Notes: generated from the sequence alone by a model not told the origin. A DNA stretch of 64,000 bases from Octopus sinensis (GCF_006345805.1 NC_043008.1:31682001-31746000), one strand, 5' to 3'. Shown: positions 13,138-26,921, numbered from the stretch's first letter. Numbers and translations: made by a program.

Positions 13138-14369
13138 ATTCACTTACCCACACACACACAGACACAGCCCTTTCTTATAATTCTTTAAATTTTCTCAACA
13201 AATAGGTCTTTCAAGTGGTTCTTTCTACACAGTTGACATGAGATTTACAAAAGCTGAGAAAGGATGTGTTTTTGAGAAACACTTAGCAGTTTAAAACGTT
13301 TACTACTCAAATCAAAGACAACTGGAGTGAGCTTAAGAAGGATTAATATAAAGGGACTGAGTAGATATTGATATAATTAACAGGAGGCAAAGTCAATGGA
13401 AAAATAAAGTCTGAAAGAAACTGAACCTTAGAGAAAAAGAGAAGGTAGAAGGACAAACAGAGTGAAAGAGACAGAAAAAATGTGAAGAAGATAGTGAAAG
13501 TCATTTTTGAATATCTTTGATATGAACCAAAACTTCTAATGGCCCATGTAACTCAACTGGGTTATCAGAACATTACTGACAACTCAGTTTTTATGTGAGT
13601 TGAGGTAAGATAGTTGCACTATTTGTCTTCCATACACAAGTAAGATATTTTGAACTCAGTACAGCAAGCAAATAAAACATCTGTAAGTATTATAGTGTTA
13701 CCACTGATTACACTGGTGAACCCTAGAACCATGAAATACCTACTTTGAGCTAGGGAAGGTAGAATTGTTGAAGGTTTAGTGTCTTGACATAGAGACAACA
13801 CAGTAGCAGTAATATGTTTTGACATGCAAAACTCTGGGAGTGGATGTCAGGTACCTTTACCACCCAGCCATTTGTCCTCTAAAAACTTACAAGAGCCTCT
13901 TTAAGAAATAGCGGTCAAGCCTCTCAAATTTTAAAAATTATGGATATATTTGCCAATATGGTCCTAGATAGATTATATCTGAATAACAGATTAATTGATT
14001 ATGGCTGAAATCTATTTTTTCTTAATAGTTTAATCACAGGAAAGACAGAACCACAACTGTTTCATTCAGAACTACCAAGACTGGTGGGATGAAGAGAGTA
14101 AGTTATCTTCAGATGAGAAACCTCATCCAAATGCATGTTGCAGAATAGACTCTGCTAAAAACAACTAAAAACAAGTCAAGTGGTAGTGTTAATCTCCAGG
14201 GTCACAGATTAAATCTACCATCTTAAAAACAGGATTGGTCAATTGACAGGCTTCAACGAAGATTTAGTGGACAAAATCTCACTCTCAATGTTTTTATCAA
14301 CCCAAGGTTGTGTTAGCAAACATTGCTTCAGATACTAATCAATGTGATTGATCACAAAAAAATCAAATA

Positions 14370-14702
14370 CAGGCACACCTCAACTTACATTGGTAAATGG
14401 TGGCAAAATATAAAACTTCATTCAAAAAATGGTACAACACAAAAATGCATTTTTAAAAATTCCTGATTTCTACATACTTTCACATGTATTTTATTTGATT
14501 TTCCACTTCAGTATTGGTTTTGGAGTGTTTCTGTTTTTTTTCTAGTTTTAAATATTTTTTCTGAGACCAAAGTAAAGTCAGATAAATTGATTGCAGGTGA
14601 AGTTTATTTTTCCCATTGATTTCTTCAAAAAAATTATGTAAAATCAAAAAAGGAGTAAGTTGAAAAATGAGTAAGTTGAAAAATTCAGTTGAGGTATGCC
14701 CA
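14370..14702. mobile_element. Tc1/mariner/pogo-type MITE
   Basis: TA|caggcacacctcaact ... agttgaggtatgcc..|TA (13/14 inverted match). Confidence 0.5.
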
Positions 14703-15392
14703 TAGTTGCAAAATAAGTTTCTTAATCCTTTATCAATCAGATTACTCTGTCAAATGCAATGCTTAATTATTCTCATTCTTTTCAATTAATCATGTGTTAT
14801 CTCAGAGCTTCAGGATTTCAATGATACTACTGTTTATTTCTAGACTGACATTACATTGTAAGCTAGGAATAAGAGGTTGGATCCAGCCAGTATGAATATA
14901 AAACAGGTAAAATAATTTGACCAAATATGTCTGGTTTAAATGCTAAATAGTTAAACCATACAACCATGTTGGTGCTTATCAATCCTAAATCTTTTGGACC
15001 AGCATTACAACTAACTGAACAGTGCTTCCACTTCTCACAATAGAACACTGTATCTAGCTTTGCACCTATTTACAACTACCCAGATTAACGCAGACTGTGT
15101 TTATGTTGGCAATGGACAGTCTGTAGTATTGTTTGTGTTATCTTTTAGTTAATAGTTCACGAGCCCTTTTGTAGTTATCACTTACTTATTTTAGTCATTG
15201 AACTGCAGCATTGCTGGGGTACTGCCTTGAAGAACATTGTGGGGAAAAAAATCAACCCCACTATTTCATTTTAAGTCTTGTGTTTATTCTATAGAAACTT
15301 TTGCTAAACTGCTAGGTTACTGGGATTAAACAAACCATCACCAATTGTCAACAAGTGAGTTGGGGTGGGGGGCACAAACACACACACACATG

Positions 15393-15423
<31 letters not shown>

Positions 15424-15819
15424 GATGGGCTTCTACACAGTTTCCATCTACCAAATTCACTCACAAGGCATTAGTTAGCTCAAGGCTATAGTAGAAGACA
15501 CTCACCCAAAGTACCATGCAGTAGGACTGAACTCTAAATCTTGAGGCTGCAAAGTGAGCTACTTAACCTTATAGCTATGCCTGCACCTTTATCTTCTAGA
15601 ATTAAGTAAAAACCCTCAAATAAAACTTTACAAAATTTTAACAAAAACACGAACACATTGGATAATGCAATCCTAGAAAAATAAGATGGAATGGTCATAG
15701 CTGGAACACTTTGACCACATGTCTACTTGCTTCATGTTGACCCAGGATTAAACAACAACAACAGCAACAACAGTAACAACAGCTGCAGACAAACAAATAC
15801 AACCCATCATTCCTCTTAC

Positions 15820-15959
15820 CTGCAGTACGGAAACAGAGATTCATTAAAAGTGCCACAGCATATTCCAGTGTATAATCAGAGACTAAATCATATTCTTCCA
15901 AAAGACTGATTAACCATTCCACAAGATCAACATTAATCATCAAACTCTGGAAGTTACGC
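15820..15959 (-). CDS. ARMC9: ARMC9 coding exon 14: RNFQSLMINVDLVEWLISLLEEYDLVSDYTLEYAVALLMNLCFRTA(G)
   Basis: atcag acceptor, gtaaga donor, 140 nt; signature SDYTLEY.VALLMNLC; within ORF 15695-15982. Confidence 0.97.
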
Positions 15960-18254
15960 CTGATAATAAAAAAGAAAATCAATATCTATTTCAGATCAAT
16001 TAGTATTTCTGTTAAAAATTAAAACAAAAAAAAAACATATGAATAACAAAAAATAAACTTAAGTAATAGATTATGAGTTGCATGGCCTAGTGGTTAGAGT
16101 GTTCAACTTATAATCCTAATATTGTGAGTTCAGTTCCAAGACAGGGAAATATATTTTTTTCTTTAGCATGGCACTTCAGTTCATATTGCTCTAGTTTATT
16201 CACCTGAAAATAAGTACCAGCCAAGTGATGGAGCAGTTGTTTCTCTCCTTCCAGCAGTCACAACTGGGAACTGCTGCAGTGAAAGAGTCAAGAGAGTATC
16301 AATGTCTGCTCACAACTATCCAGGCACCTAAAGCAATTAGCGAAAGCAGGGTATCTGTTAGTAAATCATACTCATTCATGGGTGACGGCCAGTTCTAACA
16401 CAGTGGTGTAATAAACAATAGTCCATGGAATGTAGAGATGAACTGTATTGGTGAAAATATCAATTAATAGACAAATTGAATAAGTTTATACAGGGGAGAA
16501 GTGTATTCTAATATTTCAAGAAAAGATGAAAAACTTCACTGGAAAAGAACAGAATGAGATGACTGCACATAGTTGTTTCGACACTGATGATTTGGCTTGG
16601 TTGAGTGAACATTCAGCCTGTTTTGACAGCAGTACTTTTTGGCACTGGAAGCAAACACACACACACACACACATGTAAATACATACACAGAAATGACTAT
16701 TCGAGCATGATCATTACCAGCATCACCTTACTGGCACATGAAAAAAACATCGTTTCCACTGCCGCTGGACTGGCTCCTGTGCAGGCGACACGTAAAAAAT
16801 ACCATTTGAGTGTGGTCATTGCCAGTACCGCCTGACTGGCCCTCGTGCCGATGGCACATAAAAGCACCCACTACACTCTCAGAGTGGTTGGCATTAGGAA
16901 GGGCATCCAGCTGTAGAAACTCTGCCAGATCGAAATTGGAGCCTAGTGCAGCCATCTGGTTCACCAGTCCTCAGTCAAATCGTCCAACCCATGCTAGCAT
17001 GGAAAGCAAACATTAAACGATGATGAGAAAGAAGCACATAAAGAGAGAGAGGTTGGAGAGAGATCTTACATCTTAAGCATACAAACATAACTAGATGCTC
17101 TCACAGAGACAGAGTGAGAGGAGGGAAAAAGAGAGAGAGAGTGAGAGAGAGACAGAGAGACAGAGAGAGACATTAAAATGTCTGATGTCAAGTAAGTCAG
17201 CATTGAATCAGCAATGCCAAATAAGTGACACCAACCTGAATCTGAAGTTGGGTTGAGTGGCGAGAATGTCAAGAGCAGATCTATGTCTGCTCACAACTAT
17301 CCAGGCACCTAAGGCAATTAGTGAAAGCAGTCATTTTCATTAATGGGTAACATCTGGCCCTAACACAGTAGAGTAGTAAATGATAGTCCATGAAATGTAG
17401 AGATTGAATGTATTGGTGAAAATATCAGTGAGTCAACAAAATATTAATTAATTGATAAATTGAATGAGCTTATAAAGATTTAGGAAGAAATGAAGAACTG
17501 TTTTCTTACCATTTAGTAAGAGATGGGGGAGCCTTTAGAAAAGATATCTTCCAACTAAAGAATTGGCCCAAACGTTTTCAATAGAGGGACCTCCAAGAAC
17601 CAGGTGGTAGAATTATACTGGGCAAATGATTCTAACACCCAAAACCTCAGAATGCAAAGAGATGGAGCAATCATTACCAAACATCTTGTCCAATTACAAT
17701 AACATGTAGCATATTACATTTTGATTTGTACCCTACCTTTAAAACAAACAATCTTTTCATAAAAATTAAACAACAGGCGCAGACGTGGCTGTGTGGTAAA
17801 AAGCTTGCTTTTCAACCACATAGTTCCAGGTTCAGTCCCACTGTGTGGCATCTTGGACAAGTGTCTTCTGCTATAGACTCAGACCAACCAAAGCCTTGTG
17901 AGTGAATTTGGTAGATGGAAATTGAAAGAAGCCCACCATATATATATGTGTGTATGCCTGTATAAGTTTGTGAGTCTGTCCCTACCACCATTGCTTGACA
18001 ACTGATGTTGGTGTGTTTATGTCCCTGTAATTTAGCAGTTCGGCAAAAGAGACTGATAGAATAAGTACTAGGCTTACAAAGAATAAGTCCTGGGGTTGAA
18101 TTATTCGACTAAAGGCAGTGCTCTAGCATGGCTGCAGTCAAATGACAAATAAAAGTGCAAAATAGTAACTGTCTGACATTCTACTAAATCAGAAGATTTT
18201 CTACTCAGCAGGTCCAGTCCTTGTAGGGTAGTGTCAGAGTTAGCAATGACTCAC

Positions 18255-18378
18255 CTCAAACTCAGCTTCTGGAGAGTCCCAAGAATCATTCCACGAGTCA
18301 GGGAATTGCACTGTTCAGCCTTCATATTATCAATGAGAGACGCCATCAAGCCAGGATTGCGAGCCAAGTATGACCGAC
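18255..18378 (-). CDS. ARMC9: ARMC9 coding exon 13: GRSYLARNPGLM...MILGTLQKLSL(R)
   Basis: cttcag acceptor, gtgagt donor, 124 nt, phase 1-2. Confidence 0.95.
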
Positions 18379-19412
18379 CTGAAGACACACAAAAAGGAAA
18401 TAATAAAAATAAGAAAAGAAAAATGTATTGAAATTAAATCCCTGCTTTTTACCTCAGTCTCTAAATCAAAATATGGTGACAATAATTATGAAGAACCCAT
18501 GCTAGCATGGAAAATGGACGTTAAATGATGATGATGATGATGATGATGGTGGTGGTGGCAGGGTTGGTGGTGGTTGTGGTGGTGGTGATGAGGATTTCTG
18601 TCAGAATATTGTTCCACTCTCATATGACATTCTTTGGTTTTAAAATTAATATTCTGAAAGGTTTTTACTTTTATTTATTCCTTTATTTCTATTTATTTTT
18701 TTCCCAGAAATCCATAATGGCACAAAATTTCTTAACAGTGTCTTCGATATTTCAGCAAACCAAAGTTTGTTACTTGTGTTCACCAAGGAATATTCATAAA
18801 TGATGACAACAACAACAACAACCACTACCACCATCCTCAGCATAAAGTCAGGTAACTTGCCTGGACCACTGCAACTTTTCCATGCCTGACATCCAAATGA
18901 AGCAATGTAGCATGAATGTTTGGTTTGAGTTTTAGTCACAGAAGTCTTCCCCTCACTGAAATATCTCATTTGTGCACACCATGACTACAGATGATAGCAG
19001 TAGTTCACTAACTGAACTGGTTGATTCTCGCCATTGACAGTTTGTTCACTGTTCATCTGCTCAGCCTCTAGTGGTATTTGTCATGGACACAATAAGTTTA
19101 TTAGCCAAAAAATTCACATCCTCCGAGCTGCATCCCATGATTTTAGACATATCTTGGTTTGGGTGGTTACATGCTATTTAAACCATAACTGAAACCCTAA
19201 CAGGTGCTACTATTCCAGGTCAGAGAAGACCCTGGGAACAATGGTGGCTAAGAATTGCTTCAATGCTCCTCAAATCCCGGGAACTCCCAACCTAGGAACC
19301 TCACTTGTATAAAGTCATACTCAGGACAAATAACCATGGCACATTTACCAATACTCACTGAAATATAGGAAAATTCTCACCAATTCACACAACAGTATGT
19401 GTAAATACTCAC

Positions 19413-19503
19413 CAACACTCACTGAAGAAATGGTATTTATGAGACGAGACATTGCACCAGTCAAATCAGCTACTTCAGAATTTAAGATCTTTGGTATAAT
19501 ATC
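19413..19503 (-). CDS. ARMC9: ARMC9 coding exon 12: DIIPKILNSEVADLTGAMSRLINTISSVSV(G)
   Basis: ttttag acceptor, gtgagt donor, 91 nt, phase 0-1; M.RLIN motif. Confidence 0.9.
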
Positions 19504-19614
19504 CTAAAATAAAATATTGAACAAGGAATAGTTAACCTTTGAGAAGAAAAGTATATTAAATCTAGTATTCTAAGTAGTTTCTCTACAACAGAATGCACAC
19601 ACTGGTACATGTGT

Positions 19615-20400
19615 TTGTATGGGTGTATGGTCATGCAATACATATGGATGAGGACAGCTGCATGAAGAAGTGCCAATCTCTAATTGTGAAGAGAATGTGA
19701 AGAAGGAGTACACCCAGGAAGTTGTGGGACAAAGTGGTGAGAAAAGATTTTCAGACGTTGAGCCTCACTAAGAGGATGACAAGGAACCAAGAGTTCTGGT
19801 GGTTTGCTGTGCTTGAGAAGACATGACAAACTAAGTAAAATCGTGATTGTCCTTGCATACAGACATGTCCCCTACAACCTTCTTCAATGAAGCAATCCTA
19901 ATTTTGTGGGCTCATGGATGCTGGTGCCACATAAGAAGCACTCATGCTAGTTCCACATAAAAGTGCCCATGCTGGTGTTGTGTAAAAGTACCCAGTACAG
20001 TGGCTGGCATTAGGAAGGGCATCCTGCTGTAGAAACCATGCCAAAACAGACATGGAACCCAGGCAGCTCCTCAGCTGACCAGCTCCTGTCAAACCACCCA
20101 ACCCATGCCAGCATGGAAAACAGTTGCTAAATGATGATGATGTAGTAAGAGAGAAGACTGTGCAGGTATGGTCATGTGATGCATGTGGATGAAGACAGCT
20201 GCATTAAGTGCTGCTCTTTAAACATAGAGGGAAATGATGGAAGAGGTAGACCCAGGAAGATATGGGGCAAAGTGATTGAAAAATGGTTTTCTGATATTGA
20301 GCCTCACAGAAGAGATGACAAAGAACCAAGATGAACGGTGGTTTGCTTTGCTTGAGAAGACCCAACCAGCTTAAGTAAAATAGAAGCCATGAAGGAATGT
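19615..20400 (+). mobile_element. Two tandem RTE 3'-end fragments with tail
   Basis: tatggtcatg..gatgaggacagctg..ccaggaag..gtgcttgagaagac appears twice (19.62-19.83 kb, 20.17-20.37 kb). Confidence 0.75.
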
Positions 20401-21642
20401 TCATTTATGTCCATACCCTGCACACAAGCTGTCCCTTACAAACCTCTCCCCATAACAACCCATCTTCCAGACACTGCCCTCTATTGCCCCACCTGAGCTT
20501 ACCACTCACTTATTCTTCTCCCTTCTATCTCCCACTCTCCTTTGCACCTTCATGAACCTGTCTGCACACAATGCATCCCTGTTGAATTTCTTCCCCCACA
20601 ACACATCCTCCTAACACCCCCTCCCTCAATTTGTGTTCACTCATTGCATTCTCTCCCCTCCACCTCTCACTCTTTCACAATCTCACTAAGTTACCCACCA
20701 CCTGATCACCTTATCCAGTCCTTGGTCCCACTTACATACACCCCTCTATAACTCAAGTGGACCCCCCCTCCTTCCAATCACATTTTCATCATCTCTCCAT
20801 GCTCTCTCTTTCCATCTCTCTCTCTCTCTCTCCAGATGAAGTAGCCGTCCATCTCCCTTATAGCAAGACACCTATTTCTGTCCCACTTTTCATACCCTGA
20901 TCCAGTGGTTCCCAAAGTGGGCAGTACTGATTCCCAAGGAGCAGTGGAAAGATTGGGATGGATGTAAAAACAACAAAATAATAGGTTGATTAGGTTAAGT
21001 TTTATTTGTGAAATACAGTTGTTTTGAATTTGTGGCAGAAAGGGGTTTTTCTTTGTGATAGAGAGTGGTGAGGGACAGGCACTAGGAATGTGGCCTGGGT
21101 GCCAAAGGGATGGGAACTATTGCACAGACTTCTCATCACCAGGCATAATGTCACTTGCATTGAAACTACTTCCCCTCATTTGAGGGATCTCCTCTTATAA
21201 GTTACTTTGTGACCTCACCAGTGCAGATGCCGAGTAAAAACACCCACTCCACTCTGTAGCATGCTTGGCATTAGGAAGAGGATCCAGCCATAGAAACCAT
21301 GCCAAAGCAAAGAGTTGGGCTTGGTGCAGTCTTCTGACTTGCCAGTTCCTGTCAAACTGACCAACACTTGGAAAACAGATGAGGATGAGGATACATGCAT
21401 AAGCATATATGCATCTATTTGTCCATTAATTAAAGTATGAACTGTATGTGAAATTTAGGCTTCTCTCCTTATAATCTAAATATGTTGGCCTTAAAGATTA
21501 TTTTAGTTGCTTATGTATATACATGCATGTCAGTCTCGCATGGATCTTAACTATCACAGATTTATTCATTGATGTCTATACATCAACTCTCAGTCAGAAA
21601 CATGTATGTGTCGAGTTGGCAGAAACTTGAGTTGGCATCAAA

Positions 21643-21855
21643 TTGGCAGAAACGTTAGCACGCCGGGCGAAATGCTTAGCAGTATTTCATCTGTCGCTAC
21701 GTTCTGAGTTCAAATTCCGTTTAGGTCGACTTTGCTTTTCATCCTTTCGGGGTCGATTAAATAAGTACCAGTTATGCACTGGGGTCGATATAATCGACTT
21801 AATCCGTTTGTCTGTCCTTATTTGTCCCCTCTGTGGGAACAGTAAAGAAATGAGA
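21643..21855 (+). mobile_element. tRNA-derived SINE family 2 (ggcggcgagctggcagaaacgttagcacgc head), long-tail subfamily; other family-2 copies at ~3130-3335, 7190-7350(-), 8885-9085, 33835-34050, 38867-39100(-), 54300-56152(- split), 59350-61100(- split), 62670-62890
   Basis: A-box tggcagaa, B-box gagttcaaattcc, ctttgcctttcatcctttcggggtcgat body. Confidence 0.85.
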
Positions 21856-22091
21856 AATATGTATGTGTGTGTGCATGTGTGTATGTACATATGTGTGTAT
21901 ATGTGTTTGTGACTGTATGTATGTATGCATGTGAGTATATGTGTATGTGTGTATGTATATATATGTGTAGGAGTATGTATGTAATAAGTGTACAGAGTTT
22001 AGAGTAAACAAGAAGGGAAAAAGAGAGTACTCAATACAGAGAGTAGCCAAATGTATCTATTAAAGATGAAATTTCAGAATTCTAGACTCAC

Positions 22092-22190
22092 CTTATAAGG
22101 ACCAGATGCAGCAGCACAGCCCAGCAGGTCAGAATGTACATAACTAGTGATGTTTATTGTTCTTTGCTGTGTGTTTGTACGGGTCAATCG
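22092..22190 (-). CDS. ARMC9: ARMC9 coding exon 11: RLTRTNTQQRTINITSYVHSDLLGCAAASGPYK
   Basis: ctgcag acceptor, gtgagt donor, 99 nt. Confidence 0.92.
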
Positions 22191-22585
22191 CTGCAGATAG
22201 AAATAGATCACATGGATTACAAGAATTTCTCTCTTTAACTGTTTCATTGTTAAAATTTATCTGCAATAAAATTGGTTATATATCTACAATACACAAAATA
22301 TTTTTTTTAATTTTCAATACAATTCCTAATAATATTTAACTGTAAAAACATAATATGATCTTTTTAAAATGTTGAATAGCCAGAAGGGTCCAGTGGTAAA
22401 AAATGATTGGGAAACACTGCTATACATAGCTGCAGAAAGTCCTAGATTTACAAAAAAGATGAAAGCTGTAAAATAATTATTAAGCTTAAGAGAACCATCA
22501 AACAATACTATTTCCTTAGAAAAGTACAAAGAAGTTGAAAACATCAACTGAAAATAGTAAAATGCTGCACCAAGCTTTTACTCAC

Positions 22586-22697
22586 CCATCGTAAGGCTTG
22601 CAGTAGCAATGATTTGCGGTGATTATTAGCTGACATGAGGTCGGATTTCACTTTGGGAAAATCTAAAGGTGTGTCCCCTTTTATCTTACTTGGAATA
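22586..22697 (-). CDS. ARMC9: ARMC9 coding exon 10: (D)IPSKIKGDTPLDFPKVKSDL...LLLQALRW
   Basis: ttgcag acceptor, gtgagt donor, 112 nt, phase 2-0. Confidence 0.95.
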
Positions 22698-24209
22698 CTG
22701 CAATGACAGAGATCATTAAAAATTTCTTTAATATAAACTTATGACAAAACACTGTTCTCTGTATTCAGAAAAGAAAAAAACTTCTGATACATGCTTCCCA
22801 ATCATGAGGTTTACAGTTCAGTCCCACAGCATGGCACATTGGGCAAGTTTCTTCTACTATAGCACCAAGTTAACCAAAGCCATGTAAGTGGATTTGGTTG
22901 ATGGAAGCTGAAAGAAGCCCATATTGTATACACATTTGTGTGTGCATGTGTGTGTGTGTGGGGGGGGGTGTATCCCTTTGTTTAGACATCATGTAATGGT
23001 TGTAAATTAATATTAGCCTCATACAAATGAATTTGTCTGTTTCTAGTCACCAAGGGAAAATATTATCTTCTTTGGAAACAGGTGAAGGTGACAGAAAGGG
23101 CAACCCGTCATAGAAAATGTGCCTCAAGAAATTCTGTCTGACAGATGTAAACATGGAATAGAGATGCTAAATAATGATGATATGGTTAATGGAAGCAACA
23201 AAGATGCCGGGCTGATGGAAGGAGAAGAGGAGTTTATTTGGCTTCTAGAAGGCATGAAGGACTTTATTTTATTATCCATATTAAAACAAATATTTTTCTT
23301 TTTTCTTTTAGCTTATTAAAAGCAAAATATAAAATGCAGAAAGTTGTTGCTTAGGAAAAAAGAATCTATTTAGCTAAAAGTAGTAGTAAAAAAAAAGTGG
23401 GGTGTCTTTTAAAAGGAGTTAATATAGTATGGCTTACAAGAGTGAAGATGGTTGTGAACTTTATAAGAATGATAGAAGTTGTTTGGCATATAAAACAAAG
23501 GAGGTTGAGTGACTTATAGAAGCTGGATAAAAGTATATAGCTTATTATAGAAGCAGGGGATGAGTCTGTATGGTTTGTAGAAGCAGAATAAAATTGTATG
23601 TTTGTAGAAGCTGAATAGGATGTTGTATGGCTTTTAGAAGAAACTAGGAGACATACATAGTGTTGCTTGGGATTTAAACGGCATTGTTTGTATATATGGT
23701 ACAGTTAGGTTGAAACACGTGATACAGGGAAGTGCAGAATTGATAACAAAACATTTGTGGAGTAAATGAAGGGCTAATTTGACTAAATGACATGTCATGT
23801 GTCTGTTTGAAACATTCCAGGCCCTAACCTGGTCATAGAAAAGTGAGTGGGAGGTGGGCATGTGATTTTTGGATGCACCAAAAAGCACTCAGTGGATATA
23901 CTCTCCTTTGTGGCTGATGGTGCTGCAAATATTCAAACATTTCACAATCTCTGTGAGATTAATGTGCAAAGCTATAAGTTACTTATTACAATTATTGATA
24001 TACGAGTGGGTGCTGAAAAGTTCCTGGTTTTAAGGGTATTGCAAATGACCTGGTTGGAGGCCCAACCTTCCAAGTTCTTTTACAGGGCTTAGAAAAACTG
24101 AAGGACCACTGCAATAACTGTGTTTATTAACAACAATTAATTAGACTGTCATAGATACAATGGAATTAATGGCCATTCAATCAGTACACAATAACATAAT
24201 CAACCTTAC

Positions 24210-24328
24210 TCAATAATAGATGTCCGAAGAGCTTTTCCAGCAGTTCCAGGCCGGTTGAAGTCAATGGATGGTTGCTTGGCATGTGTAAATAGGCGTTTGC
24301 AGATTTGTTGGAGCATTTCTGGACTGAC
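24210..24328 (-). CDS. ARMC9: ARMC9 coding exon 9: VSPEMLQQICKRLF...IDFNRPGTAGKALRTSII
   Basis: cttcag acceptor, gtaagg donor, 119 nt, phase 0-2; DFxRPGTA motif. Confidence 0.95.
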
Positions 24329-24396
24329 CTGAAGAAAATGAAAACCAAAAGCAACAATTCTTAATAATACTGAGAGGGAGTTTTTATGATCATTTG

Positions 24397-24762
24397 AGTC
24401 AACAAAAGAGTCTGTATGGAGACACTTGAGTCAACAAGAGAGTCAATATGGAGTCACTAGAGTCAATAACAGAGCCTGTATGGAGACACTCAAATTGACA
24501 AGAGAGCTTATATGAAGACAACAAAAGAGTTTATATGGAGTCTACAAAAGAGTCTGTATGGAGTCACTCAAGTCATTAAGGGAGCTTATATGATGTTGCT
24601 TGAGTCAACAAGAAAGCCTATATGGAGTCACTCGAATCAACAAGGGAGAGTATATTGAGTCACTCGAATCAACAAGAGAGCCTATATGGAGTCACTTCAA
24701 TCAACAAAGGAGCCTATATGGAGTCACTCGAATCAACAAGAGACCTTGTTACTTGAGTCAAC
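24397..24762. repeat. ~32-bp minisatellite, about 11 degenerate units (gagtcaacaagagagcctatatggagtcactc)
   Basis: Unit visible by eye, with some truncated units. Confidence 0.8.
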
Positions 24763-26681
24763 TAGAAAGATACATAACAATCTCCTCAGTAAGAACATTG
24801 ACAAATTACTCATCAGGATAGACTTTGCCACATTCCAGAAAATAACAATAAATCATCATTCACTATCTTTGTTTTAACATCCACTTTTCCATGCTTGCAC
24901 GAGTTGGACACAGTTTACTGAGACAGATTTTTTTCTATGGCTGGATGCCTTTCCTCTTGCCAACCATTGCTTGTTTCCAAAGATGATAATATTTCTCCAT
25001 AGTCAGACATGTTCCTGCAGAATATTGAAAATGACTGACATTGCTTGAAGAACAGTAACAATCACTTACAATTATCACATGATGTCAAGACAAAGAGACA
25101 AACATACACATATTCACACGCACACATATATTTACATATAACCCATGGCAACAGGAACATGGACATTAAATGATGATGATGATGATATGTGTGTCATGTG
25201 CCATCAGTAATTACTCAGGGTAGGCAGTTGGTGTGTAGTAACACACACAAAAAATAAGCGAAACACAGGCGCGTGACTGAGTTGTGGGCAGATTTACTTC
25301 TGCCTTTATAGTGTGTAAAGAAAACGTTGTAGGAATGTACACAGCACATGTACTACAGCAGTTGTATGCATAGCTTTAATACTGAGATTGAAAGGCAGGG
25401 GCAAATCATGCCTACCTAATCAACAAAAAAATAAAATATTTTGTATTTTATGCATAGTTATCAGAGTAACCTTCATAATTTTATTGAATTAGGTACATAT
25501 TTTGCCATAAAAGGAAAATATTACTATCAATCTATTTTATTCTGGGTAGGCACTGCTTACCTTGCCTACCCAGATGGCACATCCCTGATATATATATGTA
25601 TATATATATATGCACTCTAGGAAACTTATATGGTTAAGGTAATGCATTCAGAATTATCCAACGGAATATATCCTAAATTCTTATAAGAATATTATTGGAT
25701 TTATATATTAACTGTTGAATAACCTATTTTGAATACCTAACTGAGAGTGAACTGGTAAACGTTTGGGTAATCCTTTACTATTTACAATATATATATATAT
25801 ATGTTTGATATATATATATATATATATATATTTATATCAAACAAAGTGAATGAGTGCTCAGCCAATGTATTGGTGGATAAAGATTCTTTATTTGTGTATG
25901 AAGGCTACTATTGGTTTCTTGTTAAGGAAAACTTCAACAATTATTCAAGCCTATCATATAGAAAACTAGCGTTTGTCTTCATTTCGGATTGAAACATGAA
26001 AAGCCACAGAAAGTCACAATACAATTATGCAAGAATTTCAGTAAACAAAAACAAAATATTAAGGGGAGTAACTCTTGAATTATTATCTCCCTTGAATCCG
26101 ATTTTTCAGAAAATTGAAATACTAATATTTTTGTATACGCATATCTGCACTAATATTAAACAGCACGGAATTTTGTAATTTTAAAATTTGTACACTTAAA
26201 ATTTACATTTACATGTATGAGCGCCTGGTTGCCAAATGTTTATCACAAGTTTTGGCATCAAAATTTTGCAGTCTTTGTAATTTCATATACATAATTTATA
26301 CATACAGACATATGCACACACACACACAAACATACATATAAAAGTTAAAAAGTAAAGTTGTTCATGGCAGGATTTGAACTCAGAATGTAAAGAGCCTGAA
26401 GAAATACAAATCATTTTGTCCAATGTGCTAATAATTTTGCCAGCTTACTGCATTAACAACAACAATAATAGGCAACAGGAAATATTCTGCACAGAACAAT
26501 AGATTTGATTGTCAGTTGCCTGCCCTAGACCATATGAATATGTCGCTGACTGCTGATGATAGGAGCAAGAGTAATGAGGGAGCCTTGTAGCTACATGTTG
26601 AGAAGGATTCTTTGAGGTTTGAATAATTCATCCCTGGAAACATGAATGTTTCATTCATTATCCTTAAACATTATCCTTATA

Positions 26682-26846
26682 GGCATAGGAGTGGTTGTGT
26701 GGTAAGTAGCTTGCTTACCAACCACATGGTTCCAGGTTCAATCCCACTGTGTGGCACCTTGGGCAAGTGTCTTCTGCTATAGCCTCAGGCCAACAAAAGC
26801 CTTTTGAGTGGATTTGGTAGACAGAAACTGAAAGAATCCCATCGTA

Positions 26847-26921
<75 letters not shown>

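Noticed and set aside
18854-18955. Possible GC-AG exon (cag|gcaagt donor)
   Set aside because: Stop codon in the required frame and no ARMC9 similarity; the true exon is 19413-19503.
20903-21122. hAT MITE starting cagtggttcccaaa
   Set aside because: The right TIR is degraded and the 8-bp flanks do not match, so it is not listed as a supported feature.
24397-24762. CRISPR-like appearance of the 32-bp repeat
   Set aside because: Units are contiguous with no unique spacers, there are no cas genes, and the context is eukaryotic.
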